The notes: a model not told the origin generated them from the letters alone. A DNA stretch of 64,000 bases from Octopus sinensis (GCF_006345805.1 NC_042999.1:19530001-19594000), one strand, 5' to 3'. Counted from the stretch's first letter, positions 49,845-62,067 are shown. Numbers and translations are program-made.

Positions 49845-50215
49845 ACATACATACATACATAGATATATATATACATACATACACATATATATGTATATAT
49901 ATATGTATATATATACACATATATATGTAAATATATATGTATATATATATATATATACATACATACACATATATATGTATGTGTATAGTCATATATATAT
50001 ATACACATGTATGTATACATACATTTATGTATATATGTATGTATATATATGTATATATATATATGTATATATACACACACAAACACATACTTATATACAT
50101 ATATATATATATATGCACATACATATATACATATATATATATATACATGCATATCGTTAAACGATATGTATGTATATACATATATATATATATATATATA
50201 TACATACATATATAT
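49845..50215. repeat. (TA)/(CATA) simple repeat
   Basis: Directly visible. Confidence 0.92.
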
Positions 50216-50821
50216 AGGAGATTTTTCTTCTCTTGATTAAAGCAAATGAAAGCAAAAAAAATAAATATTAAAAAAAATTTCAAGCTGAGAAGATAATTTT
50301 CTTATGAATATATTCTTAATTTTCACAAAAGATAAAATCATCTTTCGGTGGGCAATGTTGTGTTAATATACAATGGATGAACAAGCTGTAGATGAATTAT
50401 TCTGATTTATATTTTAATTCGGAAAAATATATTACCATTAATATCCCCCAAAGAAATCAATTTATATTCAAATGTATAATTACATTTTCATCAAATCTAA
50501 TTAATAAGTATCAATTCACATCATCATCGTCATGATGTTGTGAACGAAGATACTTCTTCCTAGACATGAAGAAGAAAATATAAGACAATCCTCTGGGACA
50601 GAACAATATTTTATTAGTGGTTGGCATCTTGGGATGATTTACTTGGAAAAAGCAGAGAAAAGAAGCAGAGAAACTTTACTCGTTTATTCTAGTATGTTTT
50701 AATTAGATTTATTATTATTATTATTAGCTTCATTAAGCAAGGTTGTAAATTAGCAGAAATCATTAGAATACTAGAAAACATGCCTTACATTATTATTATT
50801 ATTTTATTATCATTATTATTT

Positions 50822-50955
50822 TTCAGGTCACTATCTGGAATCAAACTCAGAATCTTGGGGTTAGTAGCCTGCACTCTTAACACCATGGTGCAGTGGTTAA
50901 GAGTGCAGGCTATTAATGCCAAGAATCTGAATTCAATTCCAAGCAGTGACCTGAA
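50822..50955. mobile_element. Head-to-head pair of tRNA-like heads (inverted repeat centred on CACCATGGTG)
   Basis: A box TGGTGCAGTGG, degenerate B box, ending CAGTGACCTGAA; mirrored on the minus strand; third copy at 57639-57713. Confidence 0.7.
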
Positions 50956-50995
50956 TAATATTAATAAAAATAATAATAATGATAACAATAATAAT

Positions 50996-51057
<62 letters not shown>

Positions 51058-51077
51058 TGATGATAATAATAATAATA

Positions 51078-51624
51078 GCCCTGATGCAGTACCAGACAGT
51101 GACTCTCATGATCTTAACTGATTGGAAGTGTTATCATGTACATTGTTTTGTCTTGGTATAAAAGATGGGCTACAGCAAATATTCTGCTCAATACCACAGA
51201 TTTGCTTGTCAGCTGTTTGACCTTAACCAGTTGAGCATGTCCCTTAGTGGCTGACGATATGTGCATCTCTGATCACGAGCAGAAGTAGTGGGGGAACATC
51301 ATAGCCATGTGTTGAGAGGGATTCTTTAGGGTTTGAATGATTCACCTCTGGAAACATGGGTGGTTTGTTGAACATCTTTAAACAACCATTATTCAGGGAC
51401 CTTTTGAGTGGGATGGGCTACTCGACCAGAAGAAAATTCTAACTGGGCCCCACCTGCAAGGTCATGCGCTGTTTATCTTGATATGAGATCACCATGTCGA
51501 GCTCATACGGTTGTGATGCATGTGGCTAGTGTACCCTAATCAGACGCGTAGTCATGATGGGTATATTGAGCTTCATATATTTTACCCAAGTGTCACTTTG
51601 ATGGCATACACTGCTTTCTCACTC

Positions 51625-51625
<1 letters not shown>
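51078..51625 (+). mobile_element. Full copy of the TAA-flanked 560-bp element
   Basis: Same ends as 24751-25310. Confidence 0.72.
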
Positions 51626-51670
<45 letters not shown>

Positions 51671-51709
51671 TTGTCACAAAAGATAATATCATCTTTCAGT
51701 AATAACATA

Positions 51710-51769
51710 CCCTAACCCTAACCCTAACCCTAACCCTAACCCTAACCCTAACCCTAACCATAACCATAA
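51710..51769. repeat. Interstitial telomere-type repeat (CCCTAA)8(CCATAA)2
   Basis: Directly visible. Confidence 0.92.
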
Positions 51770-51774
51770 CAACA

Positions 51775-51916
51775 GTGGAAAAATACCGTAGGAATGAGAA
51801 CCCAGGTTCAAAATTCCCTCAGGACAACTGATGAAGGTTGGAGAGTACATCAGCCAAAATGTTGTGTTAACAACAAATAAGATGAGGACAAATGTCCATC
51901 AAATGTAAATAATGTA
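51775..51916 (+). mobile_element. HHR-bearing pLTR-like tail (decayed HHR 51824-51867)
   Basis: acaa-CTGATGA-aggttg..cagcc-AAAA-tg-TT-gtgt; homologous to 56500-56645. Confidence 0.65.
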
Positions 51917-52044
51917 AATGCCTTACATTATTAGTTGGACTCTTATGTCTCCAAGTTCAAATCTTGTCCTAGTCAACTTTGTGCATCATACTTCTAGGGT
52001 CGATAGAATAAGATATCTATCAAGAAGTACAAGATGCTTTAGGA

Positions 52045-53170
52045 TAGCAGGAGAGAGAGAGAAGGAGGGAGGGGAGAGAAGGGGAGGGAAAACAGATGGA
52101 GAGTAAGGGGAGAGAAGGAGAGAGAAGGAGAGAGAAGGGGAGAAGAGGAGAAGAAGGGAGAGAATGAGAGAGCACAAGAAAGAAAAGGAAAAGAAGAGAG
52201 AATAGAGGGAGAGAAGGAAAGAGAGATGGAGGAAGAGAGAGAAGGAGACAGAGTGAGAGATAGGGGGTGAGAGAGGGGGTGAGAGAGGGAGAGAATGTGA
52301 GAACCTTTAAAATGAGAGAAAGAAGAGAGAGAAAGAAAAGGAGAGAGAGAGAGGAGAAATGACAATTTGGCATCATTGATTTGAGGCTGACTCACTTGAC
52401 ATTGGACCTTTTAATGTTTCTCTCATTTCAACAGTTCTCTCATTGTCTCCCTCTTTCTCTCTCCTTTACTCTCTTCCTCTTTCTTTCTTTCTCCCTCCCT
52501 CTCTCTATCTCTCCTCTCCCTCTGTTCTCTTTTCCTGTCCTTTTCTTTCCCTCCCTCTCTCACTGTCTCTCCACCCCCTTTCTCTTCCTCCCTTCTCTCT
52601 CTCCTTCTCGCCTTCTGTTCTCTCTTCCTCTTATTCTTTCAGTCTCTCAGTCCCTTTCTCTCTCCCTCCCTCCCTCCCTCCCTCCCTCTCTTCTCTCCAT
52701 CCCTTCTCTCTCTCCTTCTTCCCCTCTGTTCTCTCTTCCTTTTTTCCCTCTCCCCCTCTCCCTCTCTATCATTCTCCCCCTCTCCCTCACTTATTCTTTC
52801 TCTCTCCATCTCTCATTCTCCCTTCCTCCCTTTCTCTCATTCTTCCTTCTCCTTTCTCTCATTCTTCCTTCTCCTTTCTCTCATTCTTCCTTCTCCTTTC
52901 TCTCATACTCCTTTCCTCCCCCTCTCTCTCCTTCTCCTTTTCTCCCTCTCTCCTTCTCTCCCTTCATTCTTTCTTCGTCTCCCTCTCTTTCCTTCCTTCC
53001 TTTACTCTCCCTCTCTTTGCTTATGCATTTGAAGCATATTTATCCTTTATGTGAATGTGGAGAGAAGGGTAAGTGTCAACCCTGTTCAGTTCATAAACTG
53101 AATTCTCTTTCTCGTTTTTCTTCACTCTATCTCACTCTCTTTCTCCTCTCCTTCTCTCACTCTTTCTATT
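52045..53170. repeat. Polypurine tract followed by polypyrimidine tract
   Basis: GA-rich 52045-52360, CT-rich 52420-53170. Confidence 0.9.
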
Positions 53171-53518
53171 CGAATGTGTATATTGCTGCACACACATGCT
53201 TATATGTGTATATGAGTGTGCGTGCTTGTGTGCTTATGCATATGTGTGTATGTATGTGTGTGTTTGTCTCCTGAGGCAAAACGCCCTGTTGCCAAAACAT
53301 GTTGAACATCCAGTCAGCCATGTCCAATTGTCTACATCCAAACAGCTGGACCAGGTCTTCTCATTCCATTAGTCAATTAGTAACAATTAGAGTGGATGTA
53401 TTGGCAGAATAATTAATATGTTAGGAAAACCACTTTGTAGTATCAGTCGCATACCGTTACATTCTAAGTACGAATCCAGCTGAAATCGAATATACTTTTA
53501 ATCTTTGCAAAGTTGTTG

Positions 53519-53719
53519 GAGTGGCTGTGTGGTAAGTAGCTTGCTTACCAGCCACATGGCTCCAGGTTCAGTCTTACTGCATGCTATCTTGGGCAAGTGT
53601 TTTCTACTATAGCCATGGGCTGTCCAAAGCCTTGTCAGTGGATTTGGTAGAAAGAAGCCCGTCATATATATATACATGCCTTTATGTATATATATAAATA
53701 TATATATACTACATACCTT

Positions 53720-53758
<39 letters not shown>

Positions 53759-54028
53759 TCTCTACTCCTTACTTGTTTTAGTCATTTGACTGTGGCTATG
53801 CTTGAGCACCGCCTTTAGTCAAGCAAATCGACCCCAGGACTTATTCTTTGGATGCCTATTCTATCGGTCTCTTTTGCCAAACTGCTAAGTTACGGGCAGG
53901 AAAACACACCAGTATCGGTTGTCAAGTAATGTTGAGGGGACAAACACAGACATGCAAACAAACATACACACACACACACACACATATATATACATATATA
54001 TACATATATCCAATCACAATGCTTTAGT
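53519..54028. mobile_element. Convergent SINE type A fragments
   Basis: Plus head 53519-53665; minus 3' half 53755-54028. Confidence 0.7.
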
Positions 54029-54215
54029 CAGTACTGCCTGACTGGTCCACATGCTGGTGGCACATTAAAAGCACTCTCGGAGTGGTTAACATTAGGAAGA
54101 GCATCCAGCTGTAGAAACATTGCTAGATCAGATTGGAGCCTGGTGCAGCCTCCCATTTTGCTAGCCCTTGGCCAAACCATCCAATCCATACCAGCATGGA
54201 AATTGGACGATAAAC

Positions 54216-54250
<35 letters not shown>
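54028..54250 (+). mobile_element. RTE 3' end with (GAT)n tail
   Basis: TTAGGAAGAGCATCCAGCTGTAGAAAC and tail. Confidence 0.8.
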
Positions 54251-54251
<1 letters not shown>

Positions 54252-54410
54252 ATATGCAATAGATTTCTGCACAGTTTCCGTCTACCAGCTTCACTCACAA
54301 GGTATTGGATGGTCACTCACAAGAGCTGTTTAGGAAGACAAATGCTCAAAGTGCTGTGCAGAGGAACAGAACCTAAAATCACATGGCTGCAAAACAAGCT
54401 TCTTAACCAT

Positions 54411-54925
54411 GCGTAGGAGTGGCTGTGTGGTAAGCAGCTTGCTTACAAACTGCATGGTTCCGGGTTCAGTCCCACTGTGTGGCACCTTGGGCAAGTGTCT
54501 TCTACTATAGCCTCGGGCCAACCAAAGCCTTGTGAGTGGATTTGGTAGATGGAAACTGAAAGAAGTCTGTCGTATATATATTTATATATATGTATATGTA
54601 TGTGTGTGTATATGTTTGTGTGTCTGTGTTTGTTCCCTCAACATCACTTAACAACCGATGCTGGTATGTTTACGTCCCCATAACTTAGCGGTTCAGCAAA
54701 AGAGACTGATAGAATAAGTGTTTGTGTGTCTGTGTTTGTTCCCTCAACATCACTTGACAACCGATGCTGGTATGTTTATGTCGCCGTAACTTAGCAGTTT
54801 GGCAAAAGAGACTGATGGAATAAGTACTAAGGTTACAAAGAATAAGTCCTGGGGTCGATTTGATTCGACTAAAGGCAGTGCTCCAGCATGGCCACAGTCA
54901 CATGACTGAAACAAGTAAAAGAGTA
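54411..54925 (+). mobile_element. SINE type A with about 106-bp internal tandem duplication
   Basis: 54613-54718 repeated at 54719-54824. Confidence 0.85.
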
Positions 54926-55729
54926 AATTAGTATGCATCTATGCCTGTACCTAAGACCACTCTCAATACTACACATTAGCAGTTTTCTTTAAGTATCTTT
55001 ACATCTTGCCCATTTCCATTAATCTGGTGAAGTATCGTTTCCAGATTCATAATAGATTTATTAATAATATCACTAACAGAAGCAGATACTCGGATGGCCA
55101 TAACAGTTTTTAATATGGCTATATAAATGTTATTCCAATGATTTGTAACTATAGAAGTGGAAGTATTTAGCATGAAATAAATTAACGTATCTGATAGATT
55201 GATTTAGATTTAAATTCCTAAAATACCAATGTCTCCTAATTGTGACCAACTCGGAAGTCTAATACTATCATTTCAGAAATATCGATTTTGGGGCCATTTA
55301 AAATCATTGCAGACTAACATTTAGATATTAATTTTTGTTTCTGTTGTTTTGTTCTTTGTTTGCCATTAGTATTGCAAGTAAGTTTTTAGATTTTGATTTA
55401 TGAAATACGCCGAGGAAATTTTTTTTTTTTATTATTGTTGTCATTGCTGATGTTGTTGTTGTTTTTTCTTTGTTTTTGTGTTGTTTTATTTAATCTCTCT
55501 CTGCCACTTATGTTGTCAACAGTTGTTCTGTTATAATGTGTGTCAAGTAGATACAACTGATTAACAAGCCATGGATAGGCTGCTTGTTTCTGGATGCAGA
55601 TTTATATATAATTGCAAAAAGACACATTAAATACATTGAATTAAAACGGCAAAAATACATTAGCATTAATATTCCGAATGATATAATCAATACATGCTCT
55701 CTCTCACCCACACCCACCCAACCTCACTC

Positions 55730-56100
55730 ACACGCACACACACACACATACACATACACACACAAACACACAAACACACAAACACATGTGTATAAATATA
55801 TATTTATATATGTATGTATATATACACACATATACTTACATACATATTCAGCTATGTAGACACACACACATATATATACACATACATATACATATATATA
55901 TACATACATATATATATATACATATATATATACATACATATATATGTATATATATATATATACACATACATATATATATGTATATATACATCTATATATA
56001 TATATGTATATATATATATATGTATGTGTATATATATACAAACATATATATATATGTGTGTGTGTGTGTGGTGTGTGTGTGTGTATATGTGTGTGTGTGT
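55730..56100. repeat. (CA)/(TA)/(TG) simple repeat
   Basis: Directly visible. Confidence 0.9.
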
Positions 56101-56548
56101 TGAAATATATGAATATATTATGGCCAGCTCAATTAATATGAAATTTTTCATTGCACATCCATTAACATTTTATCAAATACGCTAGTCTATTTTCCTAAAT
56201 ATCTGCAAAGAGATCTTTAGATCCATTTTGTTTGCATATAACCTTGAAAAAACTGCATACTAAATCATTTCCATGTTACTATAATTTATATTTATATATA
56301 ATTTATACAAACATAGGCACAGGAATGGATGTGTGGTAAGTAGCTTGCTTAGCAGCCACATGGTTCTGGGATCAGTCCCACTGCGTAGCACCTTGGGCAA
56401 GTGACTTTTCCCTATAAAATTTATAATACATGTAAATAAATACATGGCAGTAAAAACAAAACTAGAATGTAAATAATATTTTATATAAAGTAAAAACAAT
56501 GCATTATTTACCTTCGACAGATATTTGTCCTCATCTTGTTTGTTGTTA

Positions 56549-56592
56549 ACACAACGTTTCAGCTGATATACTCTCCAGCCTTCTTCAGGTGT
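56549..56592 (-). ncRNA. Minimal type I hammerhead motif, complete core
   Basis: Minus strand acac-CTGAAGA-aggctg-gagagtatat-cagct-GAAA-cg-TT-gtgt; helix III reduced to palindromic ACGU. Confidence 0.75.
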
Positions 56593-56663
56593 CTTGGGGA
56601 ATTTTCAAACATGGGTTCTCATTCCTAAGGTATTTTTCGATGGTATTATTATTATTATTATTA

Positions 56664-57481
56664 TTTTTTTTTTCTTCTTTCAAATTTGCTTCCATTTCTT
56701 GCCGAGTGTCTTCCCGACTCCTAGGGCAAAGAAACTCATAGTATACATTGGTAGGCCATTAAACCAAACTCAGTAGTTCGTTCATTTTTTTAAATTTTTT
56801 TTTTTTAAAGTTAAATTAAAATACATGAGCAGCAACAGTTCTCACATCGACAATGCTCTTCTCAATACGTGTGATGTACCAGTTAAGACAATCTTTTGCA
56901 CTTCTTGCAGGGATGGTAAACCAGGGATCATTCTCATATAATTTTCGGTTCCCTTCTTGATCATTCTTAGTGCTCCTATGATCACTGGTATTGTAACCGC
57001 CTTGAGATGCCACATTTTCTCAATTTCAATGAGTAGGTCTTTATATTTTCTGAGCTTGTCAAACTCTTTCGCTGAGATATTATGATCACAGGGGATGCTC
57101 ATGTCGATCAATAAGCAAACTTTATTGTTTTGGTCTTTCACAACAATATCTGGTTTATTGGCCTTGATGGTTCGGTCTGTATGTACTGGAAAGTCCCACA
57201 CAATGGTTACATTTTTCCTTCAGTCACAGCCTCAGGGTGGTGATTATACCACTTGTCAGCAGTTTTGATATTGTAATGCCGACTTATTAGCCAGTGGAGA
57301 TATTGGCCAACCTGTCATGTCTTAACTTATACTCCACTGGTGCTAAGACTTTACATCCAGAGATTAGGTGGTCCACTGTTTCAATCATGTCGTTGCAGAA
57401 TCGGCATTTTGGGTCTGCTCCATTTTTCATCACATTGGCCTGGTAGTTCCGGGTTAATAGGCTTTGATCTTGAGCAGCCAT
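56664..57481 (-). pseudogene. 5'-truncated R4/Dong LINE (same family as 37518-38923)
   Basis: AAQDQ, CRFC..HLISGC, RHD, WDFP..PDIV..IDMSIP; (TAA)n on both sides. Confidence 0.9.
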
Positions 57482-57489
57482 ATTATTAT

Positions 57490-57713
57490 TATTTTTAACA
57501 CAACGTTTTGGCTGATCAGCCTTCATCGGGTGTCTTGAGGAAATTTCGAACCTGGGTTCACATTCTGAAGGTAGTTTTTGATGTTATTATTATCATTATT
57601 ATTATTATTATTATTATCATCACTTTTTTTTTTTTTTTTCAGGTCACTGCTTGGAATTGAACTTGGAATCTTGGGGTTAGTAGCCTGTGCTCTTAACCAT
57701 TACGTCGTATACC
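57490..57713 (-). mobile_element. tRNA-like head + A/(TAA)n linker + HHR-bearing tail (decayed HHR 57498-57533)
   Basis: Head homologous to 50882-50955; tail homologous to 51775-51870. Confidence 0.65.
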
Positions 57714-57747
57714 AGTAAAAAGAATGTCAAGATCCTTTATAATATGT

Positions 57748-57910
57748 AGGCGCAGGAGTGGCTGTGTGGTAAGTAGCTTGCTTACGAACCACACGGTTCC
57801 GGGTTCAGTCCCACTACATGGCACTTTGAGCAAGTGTCTTCTACTATAGCCTTAGGCTAACCAAAGCCTTGTGAGTGGATTTGGTAGACAGAAACTGAAA
57901 GAAGCCTATC

Positions 57911-57958
<48 letters not shown>

Positions 57959-58272
57959 TTGTCCCCCCAGCATCGCTTGACAACCGATGCTGGTGTGTTT
58001 ACATACCCGTAACTTAGCAGTTCAGCAAAACAGACTGATAGAATATGTGTTTGTGTTTCTGTGTGTGTTCCCCCCACACCGACATTGCTTGATAACCGAT
58101 GGTGGTGTGTTTACGTCCACGTAACTTAGTGGTTTGACAAAAGAGACGAATAAAATAAGTACTAGGCTTACAAAGAATAAGTCCTGCAGTCGATTTGCTC
58201 GACTAAATGCGGTGCTACAGCATGGCCACAGTCAAATGACTGAAACAAGTAAAAGAGTAAAAGAGTAAAAGA
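57748..58272 (+). mobile_element. SINE type A with internal duplication
   Basis: Second-half segment repeated near 57945 and 58046. Confidence 0.83.
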
Positions 58273-58602
58273 ATAAAAAATATCATTATAGGAATCATAT
58301 TCTAAATCATTTTCACTCACACTAGACTCATGCATACCATTGCTTGTAGACACGATCAATAATTCACAAGCATCCATAGACTGACTTGTGGATTTCTTTT
58401 TAAAAAACAAGTCTAGAGTTGTTTGCTTAGAAGAAGCTTTATTTCGCTCTCTATAAATTACTCAGTAACATGCAGAAGCATTTGTTATGGTAGTAGTAAC
58501 TTGCATTCTTCATTCAAAATTTGGGTCCTGTTGCTATAAAATATAATTCATAAACCTGGGATCTGATAAAGACAAAAACAAGTAAATAAATACATAGCTA
58601 AA

Positions 58603-58992
58603 TCTATATATATGAAGCTGAAGTTGTCTGTGTGTGGCAGGTTTGGTAGTCTTCAACTAACACTATATCCTCCAAGACCCTGCGGCGCAAGTTGACCAAA
58701 ATTGAGAGTATGATAGAAGAAGGCTTGCTCTTCATTCTGTAGAAAGAAAAACTCAAACCGGACCATGTTAATGCCAAAAATTATTTACATCAAAAAGGTG
58801 TTTTTTTTCTATGAAAATCCCTATTTTTTACGATTTTTTGACTGCTGTGTTTCCATTTTTCGGTGTATTTCAACCAGAAAAATGTTCACTTAAAGAGAAT
58901 GACAAGCTACATAATGCAAAATATTTACTTTTCAAAAAGTCCAATTCTAAAGGGTCGAAACAAACCCGAGCAACGCCAGGCGAAACTGTTAG
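58603..58992 (+). mobile_element. Non-autonomous Helitron (second copy)
   Basis: a|TC...hairpin CCCGAGCAACGCCAGG...TTAG|t; collinear with 44294-44684. Confidence 0.72.
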
Positions 58993-59435
58993 TAATTATA
59001 TATAAACTAAACCGACTATGGAAGCATGAATGATGTTGACAATAATGATAGTGGTAGTGGTGAGAGATGGTGATGAGGATGATGAGGACTGCGACAATAA
59101 CAATAACAATGATGACGGTGATGATGATGATGAGAAAGAGGAGGAGGAGGATGACCACAACATGCCTTTCCATATCATATCAGTGAAGGCATCTTATCTC
59201 TTTATATATCCTTAAACCAATCTAATCATCTGAATGAATAGAATAAAATTGACAGAGAAATTACAATTGGATATTTTCAGAGATAATATATTCTCTCAAG
59301 TGAGATAAGCGAAATGGTATTTAGTATTTATTCTAAATGCAGAGAGACTCTAAACAACTGTTATTTGTGTGTGTATGTGTGTCCTTGTTTTTATTTCCAG
59401 CTTGTCCAGTTTTTTTACTACTTGCTTAATTTACT

Positions 59436-59931
59436 TACTTTTTACTATTTTACTTGTTTCAGTCATTTGACTGTGGCCATGCTGGAGCACCACTTTTAAT
59501 CAAACAAAATTGACCCCAGGACTTATTCTTTGTAAGTCTGGTACTTATTCTATCGGTCTCCTTTTGCCAAACTGCTAAGTTATGGGGACGTAAACACACC
59601 AGCGTCATTTGTCAAGCGATGTTGGAGAACAAACACAGACACAAACATATACACATACATATATGTATAATAAAATAAATGTGCCCTTTTAAAGCCTAGC
59701 CAGGCTCATGGGCCTGGTTTCCTGATTTCTATGGTGTATGCATTCCCCAGCTCGATGGGACGCCAGTCCATCGCAGCGTTACTCATTTTTGCCAGCTGAG
59801 TGGACTGGAGCAACGTGAAATGAAGTGTTTTGCTCAAGAACACAATGCGTTGCCCGGCCCAGGAATCGAAATGGCAATCTTACGATCATGATGCTGACAC
59901 CCTAACCACTAAGCTACATGCCTCCACACAC

Positions 59932-59969
<38 letters not shown>

Positions 59970-60136
59970 TACGGTGGGCTTCTTTCAGTTTCCGTCTACC
60001 AAATCCACTCACAAGGCTTTGGTCGGCCCAAGGCTATAGTAGAAGACACTTGCTTAAGGTGCCACACAGTGGGACTGAACCCGGAACCATGTGGTTGGTA
60101 ATCAAGCTACTTACCACACGACCACTCCTGTGCCTA
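59436..60136 (-). mobile_element. SINE type A carrying a nested SINE in its microsatellite
   Basis: 3' half 59436-59665, head 59955-60136. Confidence 0.8.
59677..59925 (-). mobile_element. tRNA-derived SINE with V-domain-like core
   Basis: TGTGTTCTTGAGCAAAACACTT...GCTCCAGTCCACTCAGCTG...CTGCGATGGACTGGCGTCCC. Confidence 0.72.
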
Positions 60137-60149
60137 ATAACATTTAAAT

Positions 60150-60315
60150 AGGTGCAGGAGTGGCTGTGTGGTAAGAGCTTGCTTACGAACCACATAGTTC
60201 CGGGTTCAGTCTCACTGTGTCGCACCTTGGGCAAGCGTCTTCTACTATGGCCTCGGGCCGACCAAAGCATTGTGAGCGGATTTGGTAGGCAGAAATTGAA
60301 AAGAAGCCCATTGTG

Positions 60316-60358
<43 letters not shown>

Positions 60359-60373
60359 ATGTGTGTGTGTGTG

Positions 60374-60407
<34 letters not shown>

Positions 60408-60640
60408 TATGTGTGTGTGTGTGTGTATGCATATATTTTTGTGTCTGTCTTTGTCCACCCTCCTAACATCACTTGACAACCGATGCTGGTGTGTTACTTA
60501 GCTGTTCGGCAAGAGTGACCAATAGAACAAGTACTAAGCATACAAAGAATAAGTCCTGGGGTCGATTTTTGCTCGACTAAAGGTGGTGCTCCAGCATGGC
60601 CACAGTCAAATGACTGAAACAAGTAAATGAATAAAAGAAA
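60150..60640 (+). mobile_element. SINE type A, full length
   Basis: Complete head to tail. Confidence 0.85.
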
Positions 60641-61038
60641 AGAAAAAAGTGGAGATGAAAATATGCAACAAATGGCATAGAGAGGAGTAAGCTAATTATC
60701 TTGTTGTCTGCATTTTCATCATCTTTATTTTTATATCTGCTTTTCCATGCTTACATGGATCTGAATGAATTTATTGATGCAGAGATGTTTTTGTGTTCTG
60801 ATGTCCACCCTGTTAGCAACTGTCATCTGTTTCTGCTTTGATATCCACTTTTCTATGCTGGTCTGGATCACATGGAATTGTTGAGGCAGATTTTCTATAA
60901 CTTGATGCCCTTCTTGTGGCAAACACCGACCTCTTTTCAAGCCAAGTAACTAAGTTCACTTGGTCAGACATGTTTTGAGGGAAAATTGCAAATGAAGGAC
61001 ATTACTTACACCATGGTGTTGCTCATTTGTACACATAT

Positions 61039-61078
<40 letters not shown>

Positions 61079-61114
61079 GCACACTTATATACATACATAT
61101 ATATATGTATATTG

Positions 61115-61453
61115 CTGAAACCCCCTTCAGTCATGACTGACCGTGGGATTGCACCTAGAAGATTACCCTCTGAGGCACAAGTCTGGGCAAGGATGTTTAT
61201 GGAAGACCAGCAGTCGCCCATGCATACCGGCCTCTCCTCTCCACACCACTAGGGTTATCCAAGTGAAAGGCAAAAGGACCGATACAGCTTGGCACCTGTG
61301 ATGTCACAACTCATTTCTACAGCTGAGTAAACTGGAGCAACGTGAAATAAAGTGTCTTGCTCAAGAACACAACACGCAGCCCGGTCCGGGATTCGAACTC
61401 ACAACCTCACGATCATAAGCTCAACGCTCTAACCACTGAGCCATGTGCCTTCA
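61115..61453 (-). mobile_element. tRNA-derived SINE with V-domain-like core and a different tail
   Basis: A box TGGCTCAGTGG, B box GTTCGAATCC, core shared with 59677-59925. Confidence 0.75.
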
Positions 61454-62036
61454 CATATATTTATATATGCAGACATATATGCATACATATATATGTACAC
61501 GTGTTAGAATAGAAAAGAGACGTTGAATGATGTTGATTCATAATTAATGTATATTTGATGGGCTTGTATTAGAGTTAAACTACCAAATCCCCTCAAAAGA
61601 TTTTGATCAGCTTAAGGTACCACACAGCAGGACTGAACCTTAAATGATGTAGTTGGTATGCAAGCATCTTGACCAAAAACACATGCTTAACCCTCATACA
61701 CACACACACACACACACATGCATACACACATGTAAACACACACACACACATTATACACACAGTATAAAGATACAAGCTGCTAATAGTTTCTCGCTGTGGA
61801 AACACATGCCTTGACAGGTTTTTAAAATATGCCTTGAATCTCCAAGCTTCAAAATTACTTAGAGACACAAGATATATTTAAAAACATTCCTATATGGGTG
61901 TCTCCTCAGCAAGAAATTACTAGGAGCTCATAATTTTATACTCTATACATTCGATTATATTTCTCTCTCACTGGACGGCATATGTTTTTTTTATCTTGCA
62001 TGAATGGAACAGGAAACTATATACATACATACATAC

Positions 62037-62067
<31 letters not shown>

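Noticed and set aside
51710-51769. True chromosome end
   Set aside because: Only eight units, embedded in continuous sequence on both sides.
52381-53274. 297-aa Leu/Ser/Pro/Phe ORF
   Set aside because: Polypyrimidine tract lacks stop codons by composition.
54976-55173. 65-aa unique-looking ORF
   Set aside because: No recognisable motif or splice context; length expected by chance.
61375-61453. Functional tRNA gene
   Set aside because: A/B boxes run directly into a SINE core and the acceptor stem does not pair; the same holds for the other tRNA-like heads.
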